64,000 nt of DNA from Alphaproteobacteria bacterium (lineage in GTDB: Bacteria > Pseudomonadota > Alphaproteobacteria > SP197): the NCBI GenBank assembly GCA_009694045.1, contig SHVY01000007.1:1786-65785 (forward strand), given 5' to 3'. The stretch's first letter is position 1. Each line of letters starts with the position of its first letter. Below, in pieces: positions 39,446 to 48,723 of the stretch. A model generated the notes under the pieces. It was not told where the DNA came from. It saw nothing but the letters and a program-made list of their open reading frames with translations, and did not search any database. Position numbers and translations under genes: made by a program.

Positions 39446-40930
39446 ATGAGAATGGTCGCCATGGGACGTTGCTTGCTCACGCTGCTCGGTTTCCTGGTCG
39501 CTGCCACGGTCGCGCATGGGGCCGGCGCCTACGATCCCCATCGCCTGGTGATCGGTCTGGCGCTGGAGCCTCCGCATCTGGACCCGACGGCCGGAGCCGC
39601 CGCCGCGATCGACGAGGTGGTCTACGCCAACGTCTTCGAAGGCCTGGTACGCATCGACGAGAACGGCGCGGTGCTGCCATCGCTGGCGCGTTCCTGGGAC
39701 ATCGCCGACGACGGCCTGACGTATACCTTCCATCTGCGCGACGGCGTGACGTTCCACGACGGAACGACGTTCGATTCGGCCGACGCGAAGTTCAGCCTGG
39801 ATCGCGCGCGCGCACCGGACAGCACCAATGCCCAAAAGAACTTCTTCGCCGCGATCGCCGACGTGACCGCGCCGAATGCCCTGACGGTCCGTTTGGCGTT
39901 GCGCCGGCCCGACGGATTGCTGCTGTTCAACCTGGGGTCGGGTGACGCGGTGATGGTCGCGCCGGAGACCGCCGCGACGAACCTGTCGAATCCGGTCGGG
40001 ACCGGTCCGTTCCGCTTCGAGCGCTGGACGACCGGCGAGAGCGTCGCGATCACCCGGGTCCACCCGGGTGACGGCATCAACCAGGTGGTGTTCAAGATCA
40101 TCCCCGACCCGGCCGCCCAGGTCGCGTCGCTGCTGGCCGAGGACGTCGACGCCTTCCCGAATTTCAGCGCGCCGGAGAGCCTGGCGGCGTTCGCGGGCGA
40201 CGCCCGTTTTACCATCGTGCCCGGGACGACGGAGGGCGAGACGATCCTGGCCATCAACAACGCGCGGCCGCCGCTCGACGACGTGCGCGTGCGACGTGCC
40301 ATCGCCCATGCGATCGATCGCCAAGCTATCCTCGACGGCGCGATGTCGGGGATCGGAACGCCGATCGGCAGCCACTTCGCGCCGCATCACGCGGCCTATG
40401 TTGACCTGACCGGCCTCTACCCCCACGATCCGGCCAGGGCCAAGGCATTGCTGGCCGAGGCAGGGCTGGGAGACGGGTTCGCCGTCACCCTGAAGCTGCC
40501 GCCGCCGGCCTATGCCCGGCGCGGGGGCGAGATCGTGGCTGCGCAGTTGGCCGCGGTGGGGATCTCGGCGACGATCGAGCCGGTGGAGTGGGCGCAGTGG
40601 CTGGAGATGGTCTTCACCAACCGGGACTACGACCTGACGATCGTGTCGCATACCGAGCCCCTGGACATCGGCATCTATGCCCGCGACGACTACTACTTCG
40701 GCTACCACGACGAGCGCTTCAAGGCGATCATGGCGACCATCGATACCACGATCGATCCGGCACGCCGCACCGCGCTGTACGGCGAAGCCCAGCGCAAGAT
40801 CGCCGAGGATGCGGTCAATGCCTTTCTCTTTCAGCTCCCGAAGATCGGCGTTTGGCGGGCGGAGCTGTCGGGTCTATGGACCAACAGTCCGATCCAGGCC
40901 AATGACATCGCCGCGGCGGTTTGGCGCTGA
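39446..40930 (+). CDS. ABC transporter substrate-binding protein, family 5 (peptide/nickel type)
   Basis: Start taken at MRMVAMGRCLLTLLGFLVAATVAHG (signal peptide). The SBP_bac_5 pattern is present throughout. The ORF-track start (39389) falls inside a palindrome. Confidence 0.8.
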   Translation: MRMVAMGRCLLTLLGFLVAATVAHGAGAYDPHRLVIGLALEPPHLDPTAGAAAAIDEVVYANVFEGLVRIDENGAVLPSLARSWDIADDGLTYTFHLRDGVTFHDGTTFDSADAKFSLDRARAPDSTNAQKNFFAAIADVTAPNALTVRLALRRPDGLLLFNLGSGDAVMVAPETAATNLSNPVGTGPFRFERWTTGESVAITRVHPGDGINQVVFKIIPDPAAQVASLLAEDVDAFPNFSAPESLAAFAGDARFTIVPGTTEGETILAINNARPPLDDVRVRRAIAHAIDRQAILDGAMSGIGTPIGSHFAPHHAAYVDLTGLYPHDPARAKALLAEAGLGDGFAVTLKLPPPAYARRGGEIVAAQLAAVGISATIEPVEWAQWLEMVFTNRDYDLTIVSHTEPLDIGIYARDDYYFGYHDERFKAIMATIDTTIDPARRTALYGEAQRKIAEDAVNAFLFQLPKIGVWRAELSGLWTNSPIQANDIAAAVWR

Positions 40931-42218
40931 TTGCCTGAGGGCGGCGATCTTCCTGGTCGTCGTAGTCGCGGCGTCTCCGGCCGCCGCCGACTACGCGGAG
41001 GGGTGGATCAAGGCGCGGGCCGGGGAGTATGCGGAGGCCCTGGACGCCTGGCGCGACGAGGCCGACGCGGGCGCCGTCGACCTGCAGTTCAACATCGGGG
41101 TGATCTACGAGTCCGGACTGCTCGGGGCACCCGACTACGATCGGGCCCTGGCGTGGTACCGGCGGGCCGCCGACCACAGACTCGGCGCGGCCGAGGTGCG
41201 GCTTGCCCGGCTCTATCGCCTGGGGCTTGGCGTCGCGGCGGATCCGGAGCGCGCGCTGAAGTTGTTGAAGGACGCGGTGCAGCGCGGCGATCCCGAGGCG
41301 GAGTATCGGATGGGCGCCGCGCTCGAGGCTGGCCGTGACATGACCCAGGATACCGCGAAGGCGGCCGAGCTCTACGCCCGCGCGGCGGCGCAGGGTTTTG
41401 GTCCGGCGCAGTTCGCGCTTGGCCGCATGTTCGCGAACGGGCGCGGCATAACGAAGGACGTAGCCGCTGCCCTGGACTGGTACCAGGCGGCGGCGGACCA
41501 GGGCGTGGCCGAGGCCGCGAACAATCTCGGCTATCACTTCGAGCGCGGGATCGGTGTCGCCGTGAACGCGGCCGCGGCCGTCGCCTGGTACCGCCGGGCA
41601 GCGGAGGCGGGGCTGGCTCTGGCCCAGGTCAACCTCGGCATCTGTCTGCGCTATGGTCTGGGCGTGGGCCGGGACGACCAAGCCGCCGTGGCCTGGTTCC
41701 GCAGTGCTGCGCTGCAAGGCGACCCCACGGGCCAAGTGAACCTGGGTCTCGCCCATGCCAACGGCATCGGCGTCGACAAGGATCCGGTCGAGGCCCACGC
41801 CTGGCTGGAGATCGCGAGCACCGCCGGGGAAGAAGCGGCCGAGGCGCAACGCTATCTCGCCACCCTCGCCGCCACCATGTCGCCGGCCGACGCGACCCTG
41901 GCCCGCGTTCGCGCCGACGACCTGCGACGCGGCTTGACCGCGACCGGTCGCCCCATGTCCGCCGACCTGACCTTGCGTCGCGTCGACCAGCTGGGCCAGC
42001 CGGGCCTCGTCGTGCAGCGCCACCTCAAGACTCTCGGGCTGTACGATGGGCCGGTCGACGGCGTGGTGGGGTCTGGTACGGCGTCGGCGATCAAGGACCT
42101 TCAGCGTGCCATGAGCCTGCCGCCGGACGGCACCGTCACGCCCGAGCTCGTCACCCTGCTTGCCCGCGCCTCCCGACCCTGGGACCCCGCATGGCCACGA
42201 TCGCGATCACCTATCTGA
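40902..42218 (+). CDS. Sel1-repeat (TPR-like) protein with a C-terminal peptidoglycan-binding domain; secreted
   Basis: Signal peptide MTSPRRFGADCLRAAIFLVVVVAASPAAA, at least 7 Sel1 repeats (AQFALGRMFANGRGITKD...), and a C-terminal PG_binding_1-like region (VQRHLKTLGLYDGPVDGVVGSGTASAIKDLQ). Confidence 0.7.
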   Translation: MTSPRRFGADCLRAAIFLVVVVAASPAAADYAEGWIKARAGEYAEALDAWRDEADAGAVDLQFNIGVIYESGLLGAPDYDRALAWYRRAADHRLGAAEVRLARLYRLGLGVAADPERALKLLKDAVQRGDPEAEYRMGAALEAGRDMTQDTAKAAELYARAAAQGFGPAQFALGRMFANGRGITKDVAAALDWYQAAADQGVAEAANNLGYHFERGIGVAVNAAAAVAWYRRAAEAGLALAQVNLGICLRYGLGVGRDDQAAVAWFRSAALQGDPTGQVNLGLAHANGIGVDKDPVEAHAWLEIASTAGEEAAEAQRYLATLAATMSPADATLARVRADDLRRGLTATGRPMSADLTLRRVDQLGQPGLVVQRHLKTLGLYDGPVDGVVGSGTASAIKDLQRAMSLPPDGTVTPELVTLLARASRPWDPAWPRSRSPI

Positions 42219-43192
42219 GCGGGCCGGACATCGACCGGCTGGCGCTGACCGACGCGGAGATCCTGGCCGCCGTCGGAGCGGGACTCGCGGCGCAGGGGCG
42301 GAAGGAGGCGGTGATCGAGCCGCGCATGCACCTGAAGCCGGACCCCGCGGTCGACGGGCACTTCAACGTGCTGCGCGGTGTGGTCCGGCAGCTCTCGCTC
42401 GCCGGCGTCAAGGTGGTGGGCGACTTCCACGGCAACTATCGCCTCGGGTTGCCGTCCGAGATGGGACTGATCGCCCTGTTCGACGCCGGCACCGGCACGC
42501 CCCGCGCGGTCGTGGACGCGACCGCGATCACCGCCATGCGGACCGGAGCCGTCACCGCCATCGGGGCGAGGCACCTCGCGCGCAAGGACTCGCGGACGCT
42601 CGGTCACATCGGCGCCCGCGGCAGCGCCTACTGGAACGTGCGGCTGATTGCCACGCTGTTCGACCTGGCCGAGATCCGCGTCCACTCGGCGCGGCCCGAG
42701 AGCCGGCGGGCGTTCGCCGATCGGCTCGCGCGCGACCTCGGCCAGCCGGTGGTCGTGACCGATGACTGGCGAAGCTGTCTCGAAGGCGCCGACATCATGG
42801 TCGAAGCCGCGCGACTCAGCGAACCCGAGCCCCTGTTCAAGACCGCCTGGGTGAAGCGGGGCGCGCTGGTGATCCCCTACGGCACCAAGAGCGCCGTCGA
42901 GCTCAGCCTCACCGACGTGATGGACAAGGTCGTGGTCGATGACTGGGGCCAGGCGGGCATCGGTCCGCTGGGCGCGCTCCGCCGCCACATCGACAGCGGC
43001 CGCGTGACCCGTGACTCCCTGCACGCCGAACCCTGCGACATCGTGATCGGCGCGAAGCCTGGGCGCGAGCGCGACGACGAGACGATCCTCTTCTGGCACC
43101 GCGGCCTGTCACTCTCCGACATCGCCCTCGCCCACGCCATGCTGGAGAAGGCGGCGAAACTCGGTATCGGCCACACGCTGCCGTACACGTGA
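42191..43192 (+). CDS. Ornithine cyclodeaminase/mu-crystallin family protein
   Basis: 333 aa with a Rossmann region LGHIGARGSAYWNV; family-level match. Confidence 0.75.
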   Translation: MATIAITYLSGPDIDRLALTDAEILAAVGAGLAAQGRKEAVIEPRMHLKPDPAVDGHFNVLRGVVRQLSLAGVKVVGDFHGNYRLGLPSEMGLIALFDAGTGTPRAVVDATAITAMRTGAVTAIGARHLARKDSRTLGHIGARGSAYWNVRLIATLFDLAEIRVHSARPESRRAFADRLARDLGQPVVVTDDWRSCLEGADIMVEAARLSEPEPLFKTAWVKRGALVIPYGTKSAVELSLTDVMDKVVVDDWGQAGIGPLGALRRHIDSGRVTRDSLHAEPCDIVIGAKPGRERDDETILFWHRGLSLSDIALAHAMLEKAAKLGIGHTLPYT

Positions 43193-43299
43193 CGATGGCG
43201 CCGTTACGCCACCGCGCGGGACGTGAGGATGGGCGCGATCTCGGCGGCGAAGCGGCGTTTCGCGTGCCAGAGATCGTGGGCCACTTGCATCGAGATGAC

Positions 43300-43336
43300 G
43301 AAAAAAGTAGGGGCGGGTCTGCGACCCGCCCCTACG
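43300..43336 (-). terminator. Rho-independent terminator for the convergent omega-transaminase gene
   Basis: GTAGGGGCGGGTC tgc GACCCGCCCCTAC, a perfect 13-bp stem, flanked by A6 on the plus strand (T6 on the minus strand). Confidence 0.6.
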
Positions 43337-43360
43337 GTTGATCGAAGGGCAACGGCTGGA

Positions 43361-44755
43361 CTACGCCGGGACGCGGAGCTTTTCCTTCTCGACCCAGGCT
43401 TGGGTGTCGTCGATGGCGCGGGTGGCGGCGTCGAAGATGGCGTCGACCTCGGCCTCGGTGACAATCAGGGGCGGGCAGAAGGCGAGGGCGTCGCCGGAGA
43501 GCGGGCGGATCAAGAGGCCGTGCTCGGCCGCGCGTTCGGTCGCGTAGGCACCGACCTTCTTGGCCACCTCGAAGTTGCGCTTGGTCGCCTTGTCGGCTAC
43601 CAGCTCGAGCGCGCCGATCAGGCCGACGCCCCGCGCCTCGCCCACCAGCGGGTGGCTGGCGAGCCCGTTGAGCCGCGCCATGAAGCGCTTGGACACCTTC
43701 TTCACGTGGCCCACCATGTCGCGCTCCTCGTAGATCTTGAGGGTTTCCAGCGCGACGGCGGCGCACACCGGATGGCCCTGGTAGGTGTAGCCGGTGCCGA
43801 ATACCCCGAGTTCGCCGGAGAGCTTCTTCACCTGCTGGTAGACCTTGTCGTTGATGAGGACCGCCGAGATCGGCAGGTACGATGACGAGAGCTGCTTGGC
43901 GCAGGTCATCATGTCCGGCGTCAGGTTGAACGTCTCGGTGCCGAACATGTTGCCGGTGCGCCCGAAACCGCAGATGACCTCGTCGGCGATGAACAGCACG
44001 TCGTGCCGGCGCAGGACCTCCTGGATCTTGGCGAAGTAGGTCTTCGGCGGGACGATCACCCCGCCGGCACCCATCACCGGCTCGGCGATGAAGGCCGCGA
44101 CCGTCTCGGGGCCTTCGCGCTGGATCAGGGCTTCGAGGTTGTCGGCCATGCGGGTGGCGAAGGCTTCCTCGCTCTCGCCGTCGGTGCCGAAGCGATAGAA
44201 GTGCGGGCAGTCGGTGTGCAGGATGTTGGCGATCGGCAGGTCGAAGCCCGACTGCGCGTAAGGCAGGCCGGTCAGGCTGCCGGAGGCCACGGTGACGCCG
44301 TGGTAGCCCTTGATGCGGGCGATGATCTTCTTCTTGCGCGGCCGGCCCATGGCGTTGTTGAAGTACCAGACCAGCTTAACGACCGTGTCGTTGCCTTCGG
44401 AACCGGAGTTGCCGAAGAACACCTTCGACATCGGCACCGGCGCCATCTTGATCAGGCGTTCGGCCAGGTCGATCACCGGGTTGGTCGAGCGGTGCGCGAA
44501 GTTGTGGTAGTAAGGCATCTTGCGCATCTGCTCGGCGGCGGCCTGAACCAGCCGCTCCTCGCTGTATCCCAGCGCCGTGCACCACAGACCCGCCAGCCCT
44601 TCGATGTAGCGCTTGCCCTCCGTGTCGGTGACGTAGATGCCCTCGCCCTTCTCGATGATGTGCGGCCCCTTGGTCTCGTGCAGGGCGGCGTTGGTATAGG
44701 GGTGCAGAACGTAGGCGACGTCGCGGGCGTGGGGCGAATTCGGGGCGATCGGCAT
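43361..44755 (-). CDS. Class III (omega) aminotransferase, beta-alanine/omega-amino acid--pyruvate type
   Basis: Start taken at MPIAPNSP. PLP fold with LFIADEVICGFGRTG and a TxxK lysine region (MTCAKQLSSSY). Confidence 0.85.
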   Translation of the reverse strand: MPIAPNSPHARDVAYVLHPYTNAALHETKGPHIIEKGEGIYVTDTEGKRYIEGLAGLWCTALGYSEERLVQAAAEQMRKMPYYHNFAHRSTNPVIDLAERLIKMAPVPMSKVFFGNSGSEGNDTVVKLVWYFNNAMGRPRKKKIIARIKGYHGVTVASGSLTGLPYAQSGFDLPIANILHTDCPHFYRFGTDGESEEAFATRMADNLEALIQREGPETVAAFIAEPVMGAGGVIVPPKTYFAKIQEVLRRHDVLFIADEVICGFGRTGNMFGTETFNLTPDMMTCAKQLSSSYLPISAVLINDKVYQQVKKLSGELGVFGTGYTYQGHPVCAAVALETLKIYEERDMVGHVKKVSKRFMARLNGLASHPLVGEARGVGLIGALELVADKATKRNFEVAKKVGAYATERAAEHGLLIRPLSGDALAFCPPLIVTEAEVDAIFDAATRAIDDTQAWVEKEKLRVPA

Positions 44756-44838
44756 GGGGGGATCCTCGGACAGCGGATTGGGAAGGCGTGGATTAGACAG
44801 ACGGCGCCGCCCTTTTGCAACGGGGACGTGGCGGGTCG

Positions 44839-45054
44839 TCAGTCCCCTTCGCCCGCTACGGCGGCCCGCCACAGCACATCAAGCGTTCGCTCGATCGCCG
44901 CCAAACTGCATCCGAGGTCGGCATGGGCTTGCCGAAGGGCGCCGGCTTCGGAGGTCAGGGCCGCATGGCAGGCAATCAGCGTCCGCTGGATTTGCCCGTC
45001 GCCGCGCTCGGCGAGGGGGATGGGCCCGTCGTAGCGTCCTTCCAGTGCGTTCAT
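44839..45054 (-). CDS. Small hypothetical protein (71 aa)
   Basis: Non-biased composition, unlike the neighbouring Arg-rich artefact ORFs. A perfect TATAAT plus GGAGA ribosome-binding site lies immediately upstream on the minus strand (gggaattatccTATAATtGGAGAccagccATG). Confidence 0.4.
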   Translation of the reverse strand: MNALEGRYDGPIPLAERGDGQIQRTLIACHAALTSEAGALRQAHADLGCSLAAIERTLDVLWRAAVAGEGD

Positions 45055-45114
45055 GGCTGGTCTCCAATTATAGGATAATTCCCATGATCGGAGCGAAGCG
45101 CGACGGTTGCAAGG

Positions 45115-45753
45115 TCAGGCGACGCGGCGACCCAGCCAAATGACCCGCCCGGCCACGTCCACCTCGTCCGGCCGCACCGGGGAAAGCTTCGGGTAGTTGG
45201 GATTATCGCAGGCAATCGTCACCAGCCAGCGCACCGGATCGATCAACAAGCGCTTGACCAGCACGTAGTCGCCGAAACGGACGACGTAGATCCCATCGCT
45301 GGCGCCTGCGCGCTGGGCTAGATCCACCAGGATCGTGTCGCCGTCGGCCAACGTCGGGTGCATGCTGTCCCCGCGCACGGTGATGACCGCGAGTTCGGCC
45401 GGGTTCGCCTGCGTGACGGTGCGCAGCCAATCGGCCCGGAAGGCCAGTTTCCCGGTCTCGTACTCGCGTTCGATGATGATGCCTTCGCCCGCCGCGGCCG
45501 CCACGTCGTACGTCGGCACCAAGATGAAATCGCCGTTGACGGCACCGCTTCCACCCAAGAGATCGGGCAGGGAACAGCCAAGGACCTTGGCCAGCTTCGC
45601 CACCGTGTCGGTGCGGGGATTGCGCGACTTGCCGATCAGGATATCGCGCACGGCCGTCTCGTTCAAACCGGCCTTCAGGGCCAGCGACTTCTGATTGAGC
45701 CCGGCCGCGACCAGACGGCGGGTCAATTCCTGTCCCAAGCGGGATGTTTCCAT
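45115..45753 (-). CDS. HTH-XRE + peptidase S24 (LexA/CI-like) autocleavable repressor
   Basis: Start taken at METSRLG. N-terminal HTH (KSLALKAGLNETAVRDILIG). C-terminal S24 domain with GDSM (catalytic Ser) and VKRL (catalytic Lys). Confidence 0.75.
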   Translation of the reverse strand: METSRLGQELTRRLVAAGLNQKSLALKAGLNETAVRDILIGKSRNPRTDTVAKLAKVLGCSLPDLLGGSGAVNGDFILVPTYDVAAAAGEGIIIEREYETGKLAFRADWLRTVTQANPAELAVITVRGDSMHPTLADGDTILVDLAQRAGASDGIYVVRFGDYVLVKRLLIDPVRWLVTIACDNPNYPKLSPVRPDEVDVAGRVIWLGRRVA

Positions 45754-45864
45754 GGCTTGATCCTTGCACAAGTTTAATCCCACCGCATTAAGGATTTTTC
45801 CCATTAACAGACACTCCTCCGGTTTGTCACCTTGTCGTAGATCGAGAACAAAAAAGGAACAATC

Positions 45865-46179
45865 ATGGATGAGCGGGCGCCGGAAGTGTGGGGCCATGAG
45901 CGTGTGACGCAACTCGTCGACCTGTGGAACGCGGGTCGCGCGGCCCGGGTGATCGCCGGCCTGATGGGAACGAGCCGGGACGCGGTCGAGAGCAAGCTTG
46001 CCAAGTTGCGCCGAGCGGGCAGGCCCTTGGCCCGCCGCCGCGCGGCCCGCGGCACGCCCAAGGTCGAGACTTTGCGCCGCTGCCTACATTGCAACCAGGA
46101 CTTCGCCAGTCAGCACATCTGTAACCGTTTGTGCCCGACCTGCCTGGAGGAAGGGCCCTTCACCAGCGCCATGGTCTGA
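45865..46179 (+). CDS. GcrA-like DNA-binding domain fused to a Cys4 zinc finger
   Basis: 104 aa. WGHERVTQLVDLWNAGRAARVIAGLMGTSRDAVESKLAKLRRAG resembles the GcrA N-terminal domain. CLHCNQDFASQHICNRLCPTC is a Cys-rich tail. Transcribed divergently from the S24 repressor across an AT-rich 110-bp region. Confidence 0.6.
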   Translation: MDERAPEVWGHERVTQLVDLWNAGRAARVIAGLMGTSRDAVESKLAKLRRAGRPLARRRAARGTPKVETLRRCLHCNQDFASQHICNRLCPTCLEEGPFTSAMV

Positions 46180-46194
46180 GCATGACCCGAGGAT

Positions 46195-46530
46195 TTGGTC
46201 CGCGCCGGGGCCTGGCTCGAGGAAGCGGTGGATACCCTGCGACGCCTTCCGCCGGCCTTGATCAGGCCGCGCCTGACCCATTGGCCCAACCTGGTGCTCG
46301 CGAGCCACGAAGCCTATGGCTATGCCATGACCCGGCACCGTCCGGCCCCGGCGGCGCCCGCCGCCATCGACCGGCTCGACGCGACGCTGGTTGCGCTCCG
46401 TCGGGTCGGGCTCGAGGACCAACGCTTGCTGTGGAGCCGGGCGAATGGCGCCTCCTGGCGGCGGATCGCGGCCTTCGTGGGCCTAGCCCCCCAACACCTG
46501 CCGGACCCGTTGGCTCGTGGCTCTCGGCCG
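46195..46530 (+). CDS. Hypothetical small protein with a C-terminal sigma-region-4/LuxR-like HTH; true 3' end unresolved
   Basis: The first about 105 codons (MVRAGAWLEEAVDTLRRLPP...LLWSRANGASWRRIAAFVGL) look protein-like. The frame then stays open to 47178 through the convergent oxidoreductase gene, which is not plausible. A C6 run at 46488-46493 is a candidate indel site. Confidence 0.25.
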
Positions 46531-47679
46531 CTACGCCGCGGTGATGAAGCGGTCGGGGCGGTAGGGTGCCAGCAATGGCGAGGGTGGCTCTCCGGTGAGT
46601 TCGATGGCGACGAGATCGCCGAGGAGGGGTGCCAGCGTCACGCCGCTGTGGGTGACGACGACATGGAGCCGATCGGCGCCCGGCACCGCGCCGGCGATCG
46701 AGACGCCATCGCCGGGGATGGCACGAACGCCGACCCGCCAGGAGCAAGCGGCGGCGAGCCCGGGTGCCGCGAGATCGGGATAGAGCCCCGCCGCCTCTCC
46801 GATCAGGCCGGCCACGGCCGCCGTCGCATCGGGCTGGCCACGGCGGGTCGTGATCGCCGCGACGGCCGTGTCGGAGCCGAACCGGAACCCGCCGCCGGGC
46901 ATGGGCCGCACGTGCAGGCCCGAAGGCCCCGGCGGAACCAGATGGACCCTGAGCGCGGCGGCGACGCCCTGGGCCGGCGTGTCGACCAGCAGACAAGGAT
47001 CGCGCCGAACCGGAACCATCCGGGCGATCTCGGGCCCGGCGGCCAGGGCCACGAGCTCCTGCGTCGCGAGGCCGGCGGCGATGACGAGGCGATCGGCGGC
47101 GAAGGCGCCGCGATTGGTTTCGAGGGCGACCCCGCCGGACGAAAGGCGGATCGTGCCGACCCGCGTGTCCTCGCGTAGAACGCCTCCCCGAGCGCGGACG
47201 GCCGCGGCGAGACGGGCGACGGCGGCCGGCGCGTCCACCCAGCGATCGGCTCGCGCGCGGTAGCCCCAAGCCCCGTTGGCGAGCTTCGCGCCGGGCGCGA
47301 GATCGGCGATGGCGGCGGCATCGACCCGCGCCAGATCGTGGCCGAGGGCTTCGAGCCGGGCGACCTGGTCCTCGAGCGCGGGATCATCGCCATCGGCCCA
47401 GGCCACGGCGCCATCGCCACCATAGCCGATGGCCGCCGCCCCTAGCTCCTCGGCAAGCCCCACCCACGCGGCGACGCCGGCGGCGTTCAGCCGGTAGTAA
47501 ATCGGGTCATCGGACTTGGCCGTGGCGTTGATCCAGGCGATCGACGTGGACGTCACCCCGCCGCCCAGACGCCCCTGGTCGAGCATCACGACCCGCGCGC
47601 CCCGCCGCGTGAGGCCGTGGGCCAGGCAGGCCCCGATGATTCCGCCGCCAACGATGAGAACGTCCGCGGTCTGGACCAT
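46531..47679 (-). CDS. FAD-dependent oxidoreductase (D-amino-acid oxidase/glycine oxidase family)
   Basis: 382 aa with an N-terminal GxGxxG motif, ADVLIVGGGIIGACLA. Confidence 0.8.
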   Translation of the reverse strand: MVQTADVLIVGGGIIGACLAHGLTRRGARVVMLDQGRLGGGVTSTSIAWINATAKSDDPIYYRLNAAGVAAWVGLAEELGAAAIGYGGDGAVAWADGDDPALEDQVARLEALGHDLARVDAAAIADLAPGAKLANGAWGYRARADRWVDAPAAVARLAAAVRARGGVLREDTRVGTIRLSSGGVALETNRGAFAADRLVIAAGLATQELVALAAGPEIARMVPVRRDPCLLVDTPAQGVAAALRVHLVPPGPSGLHVRPMPGGGFRFGSDTAVAAITTRRGQPDATAAVAGLIGEAAGLYPDLAAPGLAAACSWRVGVRAIPGDGVSIAGAVPGADRLHVVVTHSGVTLAPLLGDLVAIELTGEPPSPLLAPYRPDRFITAA

Positions 47680-47708
47680 GACCCGCCACTCCTATGCGGT
47701 CGCGGAGG

Positions 47709-48608
47709 TCATGGCATGCAGCACGTCTTGAACTTCTTGCCGGAGCCGCATGGGCAGGGATCATTGCGGCCGACGCTGCGATAAGGATTGACGTAGGGCC
47801 CGTCGAGCAGACGGGCCGGATCGGCTTGCTGGTCGCGGTCGCGCTGCTGGTCGCGTTCGTAGGCTTCGGAGAACCCGTACCAGGTCGAGAGCTCCTCGGC
47901 CGAATCGCCCCACGGCGTGAACTTGCCGTCATTGTCCGGCCAGGGGTTCTTCGGATCGCGCACGGCACGTTCGAGGTCCCTCTCGAAATACTTGAAGGCG
48001 AGCCACCGCGGATCGATCGATTCGCGCTCGAACGCCTGCTTCACCAGCGGCACCAGTTCCGTGGCGCCGAGCATGGCGATCGTGCTCTGCCAGCCGTGCC
48101 AGACGTAATTGCCATCCTCGGCGGCCGGGTCGGCGAAGCGATCGCGCAGGAAGGCGTCGACGGGTTCGCGGTCGAGCCGGCCCGCCACGACGAGCATGGC
48201 CAGCGCCTCGCACATGCGCGAGCGCACGAACTCGTCCGCGTCCGCGTCCGTGATGATGTCGAAGATCGGCCGCGGGTCCCCATCGAAGACCGCCACCACC
48301 ACCCGGTGCGAGGTTTCGATCAGGGCATCGCCGAAGATCGCGTCGAGCGCCGCCTCATTGGCGTGCAGAAGCCGTGCGATCGGACGATAGGCCGCTTCCT
48401 CGCGCCATTCGCCCAGCAGGTGAAAGGCGTAAAACATAGCGTCGGTCCAATCCCGGTCCCGATCCGATTCCTCGCCGGCGAGCCACGCCTTGATCATGGC
48501 GACGAACCGCGGCGCGAGCTCGGCGCGAGCTTCACTGGCCCGTCGCAGCGCGTCGCGCGGCAAACCCTTCGCGGTGGTGATATCCCGGATCGCCTCCGCT
48601 ACATCCAT
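47709..48608 (-). CDS. DUF1186 + SEC-C metal-binding motif protein (YecA-like)
   Basis: The C-terminal NDPCPCGSGKKFKTCC is the SEC-C motif shared with the SecA C-terminus. Confidence 0.7.
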   Translation of the reverse strand: MDVAEAIRDITTAKGLPRDALRRASEARAELAPRFVAMIKAWLAGEESDRDRDWTDAMFYAFHLLGEWREEAAYRPIARLLHANEAALDAIFGDALIETSHRVVVAVFDGDPRPIFDIITDADADEFVRSRMCEALAMLVVAGRLDREPVDAFLRDRFADPAAEDGNYVWHGWQSTIAMLGATELVPLVKQAFERESIDPRWLAFKYFERDLERAVRDPKNPWPDNDGKFTPWGDSAEELSTWYGFSEAYERDQQRDRDQQADPARLLDGPYVNPYRSVGRNDPCPCGSGKKFKTCCMP

Positions 48609-48723
48609 CGCCGCCCTCCCACGTCGTTGGCCCCACCATGACTCGATTCGCCGGGTGGAGCCATGGCGTGCGCGGCCCGCTTCACGAGAGACTCGATCGT
48701 TCCGCGCGGGATAGGCTTCCGCG

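Noticed and set aside
40902-40930. 29-nt overlap between the substrate-binding protein and the Sel1-repeat gene as evidence of a frameshift fusion
   Set aside because: The two are in different frames with independent, well-formed signal peptides. A simple overlap with an internal start is more parsimonious.
45115-46530. Intact prophage
   Set aside because: No integrase, terminase, capsid or tail genes are within reach, the flanks are metabolic genes, and xerD at 13302 is the housekeeping recombinase. At most this is a remnant regulatory switch.
46195-47178. 327-aa plus-strand ORF as a real full-length protein
   Set aside because: Beyond about codon 110 the translation becomes Arg/Gly-rich and overlaps about 650 nt of a well-supported convergent FAD-oxidoreductase gene. 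Only the N-terminal part is plausible.
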